Origin: Raillietiella orientalis
Taxonomy: Eukaryota
Assembly: GCA_036172245.1 (NCBI GenBank)
Contig: JAYWIR010000065.1
Location: forward strand, 248,001 to 312,000
DNA: 64,000 bases
Direction: 5' to 3'
The position numbers and the translations under genes were made by a program. This document shows positions 1 through 12,799 of this stretch, one piece after another. The notes below the pieces were generated by a model. It saw nothing but the letters and a program-made list of their open reading frames with translations, was not told the origin of the DNA and made no database searches. Within the stretch, counting starts at the first letter, position 1, and each line of letters starts with the position of its first letter.

Positions 1-19
1 GAGGAAAGCCAGAAGAGTC

Positions 20-1500
20 TCACCCCCTATGGAGATCCTGCAAGGACTCATCAAGAAGGAAATCGGCATCAGGAACTGTGGACGACTCCATGCCTGGACG
101 TACCGATTCATCCTGAAGAGGATTGAAGACGACGACCGGGACCAAACATCTGGAAACCCATCCTGAAAGCAGAACTTGTGATACCCCCAAGGACTTCAAA
201 GTGATAAAGTGTTGGTATGTTGTACGAATGTGATTGTAGAATGAATGAGATTCAAAAGAAAATAAATTTACTCCACCCCTTGTGGGGCTTGGGAAAAGCG
301 AAACCACCTGGTCAGGGTGCTCAGATGTGAGGTCGTCTGAGAGATTCGACCCCGCTTCCTCGAGTTCCTCGAGGTCTTTCCTGACCGCCTCGAACGTCAG
401 GGTAGGCGGTTCTCCTCCTACGGTGGGTTTCGAACCCGCAGCTCCTGACTCGGAGATTGACACTCTAGAATGGCATGTCCTCTTCTCGCAGTTCCAACCG
501 CCAGCTGATTTCCCCCCCGTCTGCTTCACGTGGGGTTCGGTTGATGGTGCGTCGTGATACTGCCAGGGGCTCCAGAACGCAGCTCGCGGCTCTCCGGATG
601 AGAGAAGTGCAAGATGCGTCCACCACGCAAAGTGCGGAGTGCGGCGCCAGCAGGCAGACAGGCGACGCACCTCGGAGGTGGGTCGCCTGCGCAGTCCGCT
701 CACGTGGTGCTGCGCGTGTCGAACGGGAGATGCTCCCTGGATTGCCGATAGAGGGTGGCAGCAAACGGAAGAACAGTCGTCAGTCACCCGTCTTTTGGCG
801 GGTGGCGTGGCAGAGGAGGGGCTCTTCAGTGGTGCGCCTTCCCATAATTCAGTTCTGGGGCTGCTTTTCTTTTTTCTTTTCTTTCCGACGAGCTGCAGAT
901 CGCACAGACACCGTCGTATTTCTCATAGGTGACATGAGGCACCGAGACCAGAGCTTTCCGAAAATCACGTCGAGATTTGCAATGTTTCCTTGTCAACGAA
1001 CGAAAGAGTAAAGAGGATGTGAATGAACTTAGAAATCGCGGGCAAAATTTCTCCTTGTGCACCCGATCCGTGGTCGGCGCTTTTCAAGGTGACGTTGCTG
1101 TTGTGCACGGTGGGAGTTGCGGTGGACTCAGGACGGCTCTGATTGAGGTCATTCACGCAGCTGCGCTGACCATCATCTCTCTGGCTTTTGGCTTTGTAGC
1201 TCAGGTGGCATATCCCCAGTGGGATCCTCCTGGAGGCAGCAGGTCTCACTCGGAGGGGCTGCGAGGTTCCCCGTCGAAGAGCAGCCACAGAGCAGCTCCT
1301 CCTGGACGCAGAGGCTGAATACTCGCAGCCTTCCGCAGCGCCATTCATTCTAGTGACCTGGGTGAGGATCACTGGGAACGCTTGCAAAGGCAATTCGTCT
1401 GCTGGTTCATAGTCGGAGACATTGAGAAAATAAACAGCGACTAGGAAGAGCGGTAGCTTCCTGACACCTCGGGTAGGGCTGGAGTGTTCTGGAGTCAAGG
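20..1500 (-). mobile_element. Degenerate non-LTR retrotransposon ORF1 (gag-like) remnants, probably Tx1/L1 clade
   Basis: Minus-strand 'VYFLNVSDYEPADEL..AF' resembles the V.V.NVP...E.L segment of LINE ORF1 RRM-like domains. It is followed by low-complexity Ser/Glu/Pro-rich text. Frameshifted. Confidence 0.35.
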
Positions 1501-1589
1501 AAAAAAAAAAAAATTGCTTTCCTCGTGGTTTAGTAAGGAAGGAGGTGAATAAGACGCTGCTTCTGAAAGACCAAACGCGTCCACGGCTA

Positions 1590-3320
1590 CGCTTGGTTTC
1601 CAGGATCCGTGGATGCCACGCGTGTGAACACGCATCCAGGAGAGTTCTGAAGCCTTGACTGGCCGCGCGGCCTTGTTAGGTGAACTCTCTCGGAAACCGT
1701 AGCCTGCATAGCACCACGCGGCCTTCTAAGGGTCAACGCTTGTCCTGCACAGCATCTTTTCTTATCGAAGATGAATCCTGGATTCAGATAGTCCGACTGA
1801 ACGCAGCAGGATCGAAGGGAACACGGCAAGCGGGAGATGGTTGACTAGATTGTGCTGCTCTGGTTCGGTGCCGGCTTTTCGGTACGAAACACCAGCGCGC
1901 AGCCGTTCCTCGGCTACTCATGCGAGTGCTGGCCGTCGACTGCCTAAGGCATGCATTAGTGTTCCACGTCACGTCCGGAACGGCTCGCTGGTGCACAGAC
2001 ATTGCGTGGGGTCATTCCCTCGGGCAGGTACTTCACGTAGCTTGGCATATCGATGGGCGACTTATGAGCTGCAGGAGCGTTCAGGAGGCAGAGTTGGCTC
2101 TCAACCAGTTCCTCGACGGGAACTTGGGCTTGCCGGAGCCTCAATTTGAAACATTTTTGTTGCTTCCCTTCTCCACCCTTTGTTTTTTGTTTGCTCGCCC
2201 CTTATTTGGTGCAGCGCCTCCTAGGATAAGCCTTGTGGGGCACTGCAAGGTCCCAGATCCGACTGAAAGACTTGGTGGCGCCGCGCCAGAATGCCAGTTT
2301 GGGCATCCTGACCGTCCACAAGATCGGACTGCGGGTGCAGTTCTGACTTTTAGTCTTTGTGAATAACACCGAGTTTGTCACTCCTCCATGCAATGTTCTC
2401 CGGCGATGCTCTGGAAGCGACCACATCCTTCCTGTTTGCTTCTGCTGCGCAACCCACATAGGAGAACTAAATTGGCTATTCCCTGAGGCATCTGTCCTCA
2501 CTTTTAATAGCCAACCCATGGATCTCCTGCCACCTCAAAAACTGGAAAGCGCCGCGGCAGGAGGCACTGGAGTTCTGGGATGCCACTTTGGAAGTGAGCC
2601 CAGAGAAACTGAGACCGCTGCGGAATCTTCTATACGAACCGCTGGAAGATCTACTGCATAACCGGACTCAGTGGTCCCGAATACACATATCACACCTCTT
2701 GCCGCAGCACTGTCTGTCCTCAGGACAAGAAATGACAGCAGCCAACCGTCAGGGTGAGAGTTCTACAAAATGGGAATGACCTGCGTCGGAGACCTTATGG
2801 TTACGGTTTTCGCGCGGGGCACCAAGCGTCGCAGGTTCAAACACTCGGACCGAATCGACGCCAGAGAAATGAGTGCGTCGTGGGTTCGAGTTCTCCCGCA
2901 AGATGATGCTGGTTGGCCTATATTCTGGTGTAGCACTGGTAACGAATAAAATCAGATCCTTCCGATGAGTGCCTGGAATTAAGAGTCGACCCTCCAGGGT
3001 ATTTCCAGGAAACAAGGAGTCCAGTTCCCTTTAGGGTTCTCTTCCGGTTGTGCAAAGGAGACGTCCCCTCCCCTCCCCCTCTGTCTCGTATCATGGAGTT
3101 GGTGGATTGGTGATAAAGTCGGAAGTGGTTCTCTTCAGAAGAGTAACAAGAAGTGGTTCCCTTGAGGGTTCTCTCCGAAGAAGAAATTTTAATAGAGAAA
3201 TGGCAGACTCGAGAAACTCGTTGACTGCAAGACGAGCGAGACGGTGAACGCCGCCACTCCTCGTTTTTGGAAAAAAAGACTCTTTCGGTGGAGTGACTGG
3301 AGTGACCTGCTCTTCGGTGC
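1590..3320 (-). mobile_element. Tx1/L1-clade LINE remnant (5' UTR-like piece fused to the C-terminal half of ORF2)
   Basis: 'NTLEGRLLI' (~3000) matches the L1/Tx1 post-RT 'LS..GR..L' motif. 'NVCAP..GRDVEH.C' (~1990-1950) is a degenerate C-terminal CCHC finger. Confidence 0.5.
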
Positions 3321-3349
3321 TCTGTTTCTCACCCGGATGCGCCGGGGCG

Positions 3350-4400
3350 TTTATTTCTAAACTATCCAGGAACAGAGTTCCCGGACAAAGGACACAGAAG
3401 AAACAAAGGGGAGGATCCCGGACACGGAGGTCGGTAAACCGAAAGTCCGGAACGGGAGGGTGGGGACCACAAAAAAAAATACACATATAAAAAAATAGAA
3501 ATAAAGATGTGGGGAGGGTAGGAGACAGGGGTCTTTGGTTTGGCCATTCCTTTCCTTCAGAACCGGCTATCGATGCCGGTGATCTCGCTCCTAACGTCTT
3601 CTGGAAGAAGGGCCCACTCGGCAGCCGACGCCATGTTCACGCCGGCTATTCCGGTGGCCTGTCGACACATCGCCAGCTTCTCCCGCTCTCGGTGGGCCTT
3701 ATCGATGGCGCAGGTGCAACAGACCGTTGCGATGACAGCACCTAAGGACAGGCCGCCTGGCGTGAAGAAGAGGCGCATCAAGTCTCTCGCGGTGTCTCCC
3801 TGGTGCAGGAGAGCTGAGGCCAATCTCCGCCACAGTCCTTGGAGGACACCGCAGTCCAAGAGCAGATGCGGGAGCGTTTCCACTTCCCCTCACCGTTTAC
3901 AGTTCGGAGAGACGACTCTCCCGGAAACATGGTTCGTCCGCTGGTTGGAGTGAAAACCCAATGCCCTGCTCTGTGTGTCTCCTGAAGAACTCGCGGTCCC
4001 GCGTTCCCGCTCCGTTGGAAGCAGGTTGTTCCGCTCTTTTCACACTGGGATTCCGGTGCAATCAGTGCAAGAACCTGCTTGCCGAGGAAATTGCCTTCCC
4101 GAGTTGCCTGTCTGAGGTGCGGGGAGATGAAATCGTTCTCTCAATTCCCGTTGGACTGCAATGCCCTGGAAGACATGTGGGGAGACTCGCTTAGGCGCTC
4201 CGCCGACCGCAGGGTCTTTGGACTTGCTGAGAAACGCTTCTTCACTCAAAGCGAGTGGAAGACGGGTGCTATGATTGTAACAATCTTTGCATCGGGGCCC
4301 TACTGACAGTCCTCCATGTGCTGGGGTCAGCGTTCGCAGAGAAAGGCGGCCACCAGCATAGCAGCCGCTGTTATGAGGGCAGCTGCAAAGTAGCCTCATC
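3350..4400 (-). mobile_element. Tx1/L1-clade LINE 3' end (ORF2 zinc finger, T-rich 3' UTR, AATAAA)
   Basis: 'CKR*GEVETLPHLLLDCGVLQGLW' (3900-3830) is the C..C...ET..HL...C......W finger of L1/Tx1 ORF2. A T-rich tract follows on the minus strand at 3470-3505, then AATAAA at ~3355. Confidence 0.7.
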
Positions 4401-4649
4401 TTTCAGTAGTCATCGGTGAGGTCGCCATAAACAGCCGCTTCTAGAAAGAAAGAAACGAATAAAACAAAAGACCCCTGTCCATCACCTCCTATTTTTTCTC
4501 ATTTATTTATTGTCCCCTTCCTCCGTTCCCTACTTTTTCAAAGGCCGACCCGCGCGCCGGTGATGATCCCCAATGAACTTATTTTTTTCTGGCATCTTCG
4601 TATTCGAAAACACTGTTCCCCTTTGAATTGTGATTTCTTTTTTAAATAA

Positions 4650-5700
4650 TCTTCCTGGCGTCACCGGGTAAAAACCTTCATGCCATCTTGTGGATCCACA
4701 TGCCAGCCGATCTTCGGATGTTCCGGACCATGCATGCTTCAGGAGGTGTATCCAGCCGATGTCTGCTCTGCATCCGATGTAAGATAATGCTAAGAATCCG
4801 AGCATATGATTGGCGTAGGATCAAGAGATTTTCAGAGCTTGATCGTTGGCTGCGCTCCACGGTTTTCGCGATTCTCCCAAGATGGCGCTCACCTATGTGA
4901 TCCACGCGGAGTACATCTGCAAAGCAACGGTATTCACCCACCCTGACCTCTCAAGTCTATCTGAAAGCCCAAACAGACGCCAATTTGAGTTATGGCTCCA
5001 TCTCATCTATCTAGGGAAGATCCTGCGAGTCGCGACCTCTGGTTCCTTCCGTCCTCGAGAGACGACTGACAAGCTTGCTTGTGCCGTCTCTACGGTGCGC
5101 CGGACAATCTCATTGAGCCGCTGGAGGAATACACTGGCAGAGCACCACTGGCAGTAGTTCGGGATGGTCGTCTGAGCCACACGTCTGTTTCGAGTCCCAT
5201 CATCGCCTTGTCTCCTGGTCGCTTTCATCAAGGCCAGCAAGTTTGGTCGAGCCCACATTCTGAAAATCGTAGGCAGTCTCCGAAAAGTAGGGAGTAGAGT
5301 AATGCACGGTGTGGTCTCGCGCAGAACGTGACTTATGCTTGGACCAGGTTTTTTTAAAATAGGGGTTTTCCATGCCTTGCTGACGAAGGGTCGTGTGCGC
5401 TCGGCGCGCAATCTTCCCTTTCTTGCTCTTCCTACAATCCCCTGGGTCTCTACGCCCGTGGAGGACCATTGCTTGTCTTCCGATGCTCCGTTTTGTTCTA
5501 TTGCTGAACCGGATAAACGCCCGAGTATTTTCGAGGTTTTCCCAGGAACCTGCATCGGAGGGTGACACTGAGATTTTGAAAGTCCTACAATGGAGAGGTT
5601 GGGAGATCTAAGCAGCTGGATGCAGCTGCCTGCAGAGAAGGTGTCGGACTCTCCATCCAGCTTGTCTGGTGCCAGGCAACCCTTGGCACACTCCCTTTGC
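4650..5700 (-). pseudogene. Unassigned decayed coding remnant; candidate chuvirus-like nucleoprotein EVE
   Basis: Long minus-strand frames. 'TPYFSETAYDFQNVGSTKLAGL' loosely resembles the PY.GF...L....ST.Y..L segment of chuviral N. No retroelement motifs found. Confidence 0.25.
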
Positions 5701-5719
5701 AAGTGTTGCTTTGAGACCT

Positions 5720-6310
5720 TGCTCGAGCGATTGCTTGACCTCTATTCTAATTTTTCTCCCTACAGATATCCAATGTCCTCTACGAAGAATGTCAAACCAT
5801 TAAGGATGCACTAGTCCAGGCTAACAGCTTTCATTTCGTGTAGCTTTTGATGGGGGGAGACCATACAGTCTTGCAGGGTCTGTGCATTAGCAACGTTCTG
5901 TCCCAAGAGAGGATTACTGATCCTCGCAGATCATCCCCAACGGCTTGCAAATGTGCTTGTGCGTTTGGGATGCATCCACTACAGGGATTCTTGATTAGTT
6001 TATGCGGGACGTCGTAGACCACGCCCCGCAAGGAATAGTCGTTCCTTGATGGGGGGCGATGCACTTTTTCGGGTCCAAGGGCACGCTGCGTTTTCTGCAG
6101 AACTGCTCGAACAGGCAGAGTTCTTGCGGTTTTCCCAATGTGTCAGAAATCAAAGCTGGGCCATTTTGCGTTCGAGAGGGACCAGCTCTTCCTGAGAGAC
6201 ACTTTCATCTTCCGGGGTTGCCGTTCCAGGGCGATGTTAAGCAGCAACGAGTCCTCTCGACGTTCTCTCCAGCGAGTCAATCTCGGAGGGACTGTGGCTG
6301 CCTACGTTCT
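5720..6310 (-). mobile_element. Non-LTR ORF1 (gag-like) 5' remnant
   Basis: 'LRGVVYDVP' and 'SVILSW' resemble LINE ORF1 motifs. Begins directly after the conserved junction motif at 6307-6336. Confidence 0.35.
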
Positions 6311-6334
6311 CACCTGGGTACGCCGGGGCGTTTA

Positions 6335-7100
6335 TTTTAATAGAAATGAACGTTAACAGGAAACTGTGATTGGATCGGTGATCCAACCGATTGCGTTTTA
6401 CCAAGAGCTTGGCGAGTTACCGGTTTGCGAAGTGGTGAGGTCCACCACAAGAGCAGAGGGAAGGGAACAAACAAAAATAAAAACAAAAAAATAAAAAACT
6501 TTGGGTGAAGGGATCATCTTTTGCTGGCAGCGATCTTCTGCATCAACAGCATCATCATGCCGGTAAGCTCTTGCTGTGTGGAGTTGCCCAGGTGGGGCCA
6601 TCAACTTGGCACCCTCGTGAATCGGGCATCAAAGTGAATGGCATTCCTGTCGCCGTGCCCTCCTCTTGTATCGCTCCAGACAGCGACGATCTTATGTAGG
6701 CAGCATAGGGCTGCTAGTGAGGCTGCCTGCCGAAGTGCGTCGCAAACCAGGAAGGGTTTTAAGGCGTCCATGGAGTTGCCGCCTGGATGTTTTGTCTCGG
6801 CAAAGCGTTCCCAGAGGAGTAGGAGGGCAACACAGTCCACAAACAGTTGTGGGGGAGATTCACGCCCCACGCACCTGCCACAGATGGCCCCCCCTCACAC
6901 ACCGGTGTCCTGTGATAACGGCGGGCTTTGCACGGAAGGCCCCAGTGCAACAACATCAGTGCCGACTCCTGCCCCTTCCATGGGAGGGTGTGTCCATCCA
7001 AAAGCACTGGGGACCACTGTAGATCTCCCACCGAAATCCGCAGTAGCTCTCCCCAGCGTAAAAGTTTTCGAGGTGGGGGCGTGGCTGTCCTGCGAGGTAG
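6335..7100 (-). mobile_element. Tx1/L1-clade LINE 3' end
   Basis: 'CGRCVGRESPPQLFVDCVALLLLWERF' is a CCHC-type ORF2 finger. A T-rich 3' UTR (6470-6500) and AATAAA at ~6336 follow. Confidence 0.6.
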
Positions 7101-7119
7101 GCTGCCTTGGATCGCGGTC

Positions 7120-9050
7120 TAGACCTTTGCAGGATGCTTTTCGGAACCAATTTCTGCTCCAGGGTCCCGTCGACCGGGAGAAATACCTTTTGCATTATTC
7201 GTTCTCTCCCCACCCCAGAAGAGTTTTTCTTTTTCCATTCCAACTGGCATTCGTTGTCCTGCCATTCGATTCCTTGGAGACATTCATTTCATTCAGAGGA
7301 GCGATATTCCGAGAGATTCAGAGCATTCCTTCCTCGCATGTTTCTCATGATGTCAGTTCTTCGGAAGGAGTTTACCGTTCATACGCTAGCGAAACGCCAA
7401 AGGCACAAATGCCGAACACATGTGGTACTTTGCACTGAGGCAAATATCTGGGTGCTGGTGCTACCAATAAACAACTTTGGACGAGATTCTCATGACAGCA
7501 TTATCACTTGATATCTTCTCGGTGAGGGTTGCTTGCTCTTCAGATGCAAACTCGAGGATCAGATTAACAGGAATCAAAAAGGTGTTCAAACATCCACAAG
7601 AGGGTAGAGGTCTTCACTAAGCATCTAAGAACCTTTCGTTCTAAATGATGGGACTGGGGTTTTGATTTAAAGCTGCGAGTAGTGCTGAGGGCAGGATCAC
7701 TGACGGCAGGCTTCCTCTGGAAGTGCTTTGGAACGAATCTATAGGATCTTGCTCTCTTCAGGTGGCTCTAACTGTTCGACAATTTCCATTTTTTGCTCAT
7801 TAAATGCCTTCCAGACATGCGAACCTACTTGAAAGGAAATTCAGAATTTGTAATATTTGCAGCAACATCCACCTCTTCCCATCGGCGAAACATCTGGACG
7901 AGAATAATAAGATGAAATTGCAAATAGGAAATCCTGATAATGAGCGTGGTCATGACGATTTCATTGAGGAGAGCAGCGATGCTGTGAACACTCCAGTTCT
8001 CACGGATAGCAGATTAGAGCTTGCTGGAGCCCACGAAGCTGTGCAGCAGAGATTGATTTTTTATTTGAAGATAAGCAGTAAAACTTTCCCGTTTGTCCTG
8101 CCAACTGTCATGTCATCTGGGAAATCTGGTCGGGGGCAAAGCTGTTCACTTGCTCCTTCCCATTTCCGCTGAAACTGGCACGCCAGAAGGAATTTTCTTT
8201 TGTCTGTGTGTCTTCTCCTTTTTCTTCCCGTCGTCTGCCTCGTTTCACGAGTTAACGAATTCTTCCCCACTTTCAGAGACTTCACTCATTACTTTTGCAA
8301 GCTCCTTTTTCTCCCCACTGATATCATTCGATAAGAAAGGTGGTTTCGTTTTGTAATCTCACTTAATTTTGAGACGCTCGGCGCAAGCACTTGGATCGAT
8401 TTTCGTCGGCACTTGAATTTCTGCAGCAACCATCTGATGTTCCTTTAAAACCGTTCAACCTCCATGTACATCGCTCAGCTCCAGATCAACTCATCCTTCA
8501 CCAGATTACGTTCCGCATTGTACTTTTAGCAGCATTACGGTATTCTCAGTAATGCCTTTTTGTGTACTCCTGAAAAAAGATACACGGATACTTTTTTTTG
8601 TGTAGCACCCTGCACTTGCAGTTTTGTGCCATTCTGACCAGGTACCTCTGCCACGCTTTACTTGTCATAGAGCTGAACCAACCTCAATTTGTTGCTTGTT
8701 TTCTTTCTGATTCTGCATATTTACTGTGAACCTCCTGCGTAACCACGAATCCATCTTGCACCCGCCTGCTTGCTATGCACAGATCCATTACATATATCCG
8801 AAGATTCATGATGTGCACGCTTGAGGAATCGTAAGGAATTTCCTTTTTTCCCGGACTCACCGAGCAGGAAAGACAGGATCAGGAAACGCAGACACCGTCC
8901 TTGTAAATCAACTCCAGAATTCGGGCACCGTTCTTCTTGCAGTGCAATTAGTAGTAACTCGGATGCACCTGTTTCAAGCCATCTTCGAACTGATCAGGTT
9001 GAGAGGCAATGTAGGTTGCATAACATGAGTAGGCCACGGTGCCATTCCTA
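7120..9050 (-). pseudogene. Probable orthomyxovirus PB2-like endogenous viral element
   Basis: Collinear pieces across frameshifts: 'DLQGRCLRFLILSFLLGE/VREKRKFLTI' (~8915-8820) vs influenza PB2 [29 protein letters not shown]; 'TENTVMLLKVQCG' (~8550) vs TEEQAVDICKAAMG; 'RESFTAY' (~8080) vs YEEFTMV; 'FLFAISSYYSRPD' (~7920) vs IIVAMVFSQED. Confidence 0.45.
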
Positions 9051-9899
9051 AGCTATGTGTGTACTAGAGCGAGCTTAGTGCCCCTTTTGCAATGAAAGCA
9101 TGTATACAATGCTTTATCGTGTACAGTTTCGGAGAACTCACCGATCAGAACGAGCTAAATTTCGCTTTTTCAAAAAAAAAAGAAAAAACACGAAACGTAA
9201 TGACATTTCATGCCAGTTTCCAAACTAATGGATATTTCCACAGAAATTGACACATTGCGTATTTGAATTCAGAAGATGAGCATCGCATTAGACACTTTAG
9301 CACTAAGAAATCACTAATCTGTTTTAATTTGCAGCGAATCATGAGGTTTATTGCAAAGAGGATTCCTGAGATGCTTAAAACTCTGTCCTAAAGAGGAAAA
9401 TCAGAAAAAAGTCATTTGTAGGAGTTCCACTATATATGGATTCTCCGTATGATACTTTCAAATCATATATATATAAAGCACAGCGAATAATTTTGAATGG
9501 ATAAACACTTCTCGTCTTGAGAGCCCTTCGGCATATCTTGGCACTTCCTTTCTTCCTGTCTTGAATGTATGATCTTCATGCCATAGGACTTCGTGTATCT
9601 CTCTAATCATATACATATGTGATATCTGTTTAAAACCCATCAGCCATCTACTTAATGGAAATATGAACGAAGGAAAGGTTTATTTTAGTTCCAGTTCCTA
9701 GTACTGATTATGACTACTCATCCGTGTTTTTTTTTTTTTTTAAAAAAAAGAAAACATTTGAATTCTTGAAAACTTAAATGAGGATCTGTGCAAATGTGCA
9801 TGCGTTTTGCATGAGTGCTCAATTTAAAGCTTCTCACTGGAATCAAATGCTTAAAATTTCATAATTTTTGGTCCAAGCTGTTAATCAGTGAAGGAAGCG

Positions 9900-10590
9900 T
9901 CAACTTTTATGGTTAGGGTACAAGACTGGTACAAGAGAGTACCTTCATGTTACAAGAGTGGAACCACCCTTCAATTCTTCCGCCGTCATTTTTGCGAGAT
10001 ACGCACTTGAGAAGAACACTGTAAGGAATCTGAACCGCAAGAAGATGAGGCGACATTCCGTCTAATGTGCTAAAAGGTGGTACGGTGTTGATGCCCACGA
10101 GAGACCTCTGTTTATCCCGAATCAAAACTTGGAAGAATAAGTTCACAAAGTGACTAAGTATAGTAGCATATGAGGTCTCATAGCAATCCAATACGTCGCT
10201 GCGTAGAGATACTGTAAAGTACACTAGTCGTAATGATGTGCATCCCTCCGGTGAAAAATGGTCCTTCTAGACACTTGGTTGGTAGACCATTCTCCGAAGA
10301 AACCCATACAAAATTGGTTGGAGGGACGCTTCTTGCCTGCACAGAAAATCGAAAAGACTTGCAGAATTTCTGAAGGAAAGGAAGGGCTCCAGGGATGTAT
10401 GAAACTGGCTGAAAACGAACATTAGAGCCCACGTTTTGCGCGACATCATATAAAAGTTTTCCTAGAGTATATAAATGGTCCTCTATTAGCAGGTTATTTA
10501 AAATTCTTGCAGTGATTCTTCTTTCAATCCTTGTAATAGCTCTTTGTCTTTTAACCAGATTCTTACACTTGATTTATAGACAAAGTAGTG
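9900..10590 (+). pseudogene. Decayed coding remnant ending in a transmembrane helix; candidate viral glycoprotein C-terminus
   Basis: Plus-strand 'LFKILAVILLSILVIALCLLTRFL' (~10495-10565) is preceded by Cys/Trp-containing broken frames. Family not recognised. Confidence 0.2.
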
Positions 10591-11539
10591 TATGCATTAG
10601 CTGATCAACATTTCAAATAAATATTATTTAACAGAATATAATGTAATTTAGAAATCAAGTGTGAGAATGTAGCATGCTTGACTGGCATGCATATCACAAT
10701 GCATATCGTATAAATGAGTACGCCACACCCTTCATATTAATGTTAATGAGAAAAAATACAGCACAAGATTAAGACCAAGTTTTTATAAAATCAGTTTGTA
10801 CACTTTGTTGGGAGTTTTTCGTATACTGTTTGTAACTGTTACGGCATCTTTACTTTTCTAGTTTCTTGTGAGTTTTTCCATAAACTTCGCGTCACCATGG
10901 AGACCTCAAAGAGTTACCCATTGTGGGAGCTGTCTCTTGCGAGTAGTGCATCATAAGTGAAGGGATTTTCTAGTTTTAATCCTTTCACATACCCCTTATG
11001 TAGAGCTGCCGAGTGTTTCCAGTTTAATACCATCACACATGCAATGGAAAAGACACATCCTTTATCCAGACGGTCGAATTTCGAGCTTTGAAATGTCTTT
11101 TCAAGAAAAGCCACCATGACAACAGGATGTTGTCCTCATCCTGTGTGGTGGTGATTTTATCAGTGAATCGAAACTTTCGACTAGTCCGAAACTCTTGGAG
11201 GGAGTTCCGCCACTATCGAATCACGCTCGTCTGGATCGGATCCACAGTACGATCTGGCTAGCTGGTTTTGAAGAGAAAAGCACAGAGAATAAAGGAAATC
11301 CATCGATGAGAAAAATGGGGGGGGATGGATAAAACGTGATGCTTGCTTGTCGTGATGACCGATGCTGTCTTTGTTCCGGTGTCAGAAAATGTGACCTCTC
11401 TTCGCGACATGTCGTGCAATCTTAATCACCAGTTCCAAGAGAACACGTGGCTACCTTGCCACTCACCGAGAAAAAAGAACTGGCAGCAGGACTCAGCAGA
11501 ATCCTTCACGACACCAGCCTGCTCTTGCAAGTAGGCTCA

Positions 11540-12700
11540 GAGCTCAGGGCTCATTGATTCGGCATCGTCATCTCGCCGGCATGAGGAAGGGGTGGATAAT
11601 CGAGCAGCATGGCAGGTGACCTGCCGCCAAACTCCTCGTTCAATGGGAAGCGCTTCGTCAGGGGAACGAAACCAATCCGACAGATGTGGGTCGCTAAGTA
11701 CCTCAGAGCCGGTCGCGTGCCTCGCGGCGCACGTGGCTCTTTTTTTAAACATTAAACACACTATTTTGTTTCCACGCCCCTCCACCCGCGGCAACCCGCA
11801 GGGGGGCGTGTAATTCTTCAGGATAGGGAGCACCCCGGGATGGGGGTCCGCCCTATGAATCCAGTAAGGGCTCGGAGTCCGTTCCTCTCACGCTTGGGGA
11901 GGGATCCCCTCGGACGGGGGGGATCGCACCTCCCACCCTGGTTGTCTCCGAAGGGGAACCCCGAAGGGAATCTCCTTCCTCATTCTCTCCGGAGGGACCC
12001 TTCCAATGGGGAGGGGCTGTCCTTTCCATTTCAACTTCATTTCAACTTCTCCGAAGGGAACCTGTAAAGGATCCAATTCTAGGAATTTCTTCTCCGGAGG
12101 GAACCCGCAAGGGAACCGCTCCTTGTTCACTCCTCTGAAGAGAACCCCGAAGGGACGCTTCCGAAACTCAGAAGGGGCGCTGCAGCTTCCCGCAGGGAAT
12201 CGCTCTCGCTTCCTTGTGCACTCTGTGAAGGGGCGACGACTCGGAGGGTCCCCCGGTGGGGTGGATCCGCTCTCCGTTGCACGATCGGAGGGGGAACTCC
12301 CCACTCCTTGATTCTTGGGAGAACCCGAAGGTCGACTCCCATTGTTCCGGCCTTCATCGGGGGCCTCCGTGCTTAATCCACCTCCGATGCCACGCCCGAA
12401 TGCCTCGGCCAACCAGCGCCATTGCAGGAGAAACTCGGAACTCGACGACGCTGTGGCGTCAGAGTTTCTGCCGAAGTATTCGAACCCGCGACGCATGGTG
12501 CCACACGCGGAAGCCTTAACCACAAGGCCTCCGACGCGGGCCTCCGACAGATGTGGGTCAGGTCCTGCAAAGGTGGACCGAGATTTCGGCGTTCCCTTGC
12601 TCGTGTCCTTTTCTTGTCTGATGCAGTTTCTCGGGAGTCATGTTCAGTACCATGTTGCCGGTTGACTCCATTCCATTTATGTATCGACCCTCCTTCCTCC
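11540..12700 (-). mobile_element. GC-rich retroelement-like remnant with internal repeats
   Basis: The 16-bp direct repeat ccgacagatgtgggtc occurs at ~11676 and ~12544 (minus 'DPHLS'). The motif (gaa)ccc(c)gaaggg recurs between them. Composition is like the NeSL-type N-terminal pieces elsewhere in the window. Confidence 0.3.
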
Positions 12701-12799
12701 CCCCTCCCCCCTCAACCGCTCCATAGTTCCGTTGCTAGCAAGGGTGGTCCCTTTGGTCCGAAGCAGCGCATATAGGTCCTTCCCTCACCCTATAAATTT

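Noticed and set aside
410..470. tRNA/SINE B-box-like ggtttcgaaccc
   Set aside because: No cloverleaf or A-box can be built, and it lies within ORF1-like low-complexity coding remnant.
4780..4930. 'HIGERHLGRIAKT' as an LTR integrase HHCC finger
   Set aside because: No CxxC, DDE core, RNase H or LTRs nearby.
5960..6040. 'GVVYDVP...C..C' as a Penelope GIY-YIG endonuclease
   Set aside because: No YIG half-motif or upstream RT; context fits LINE ORF1 better.
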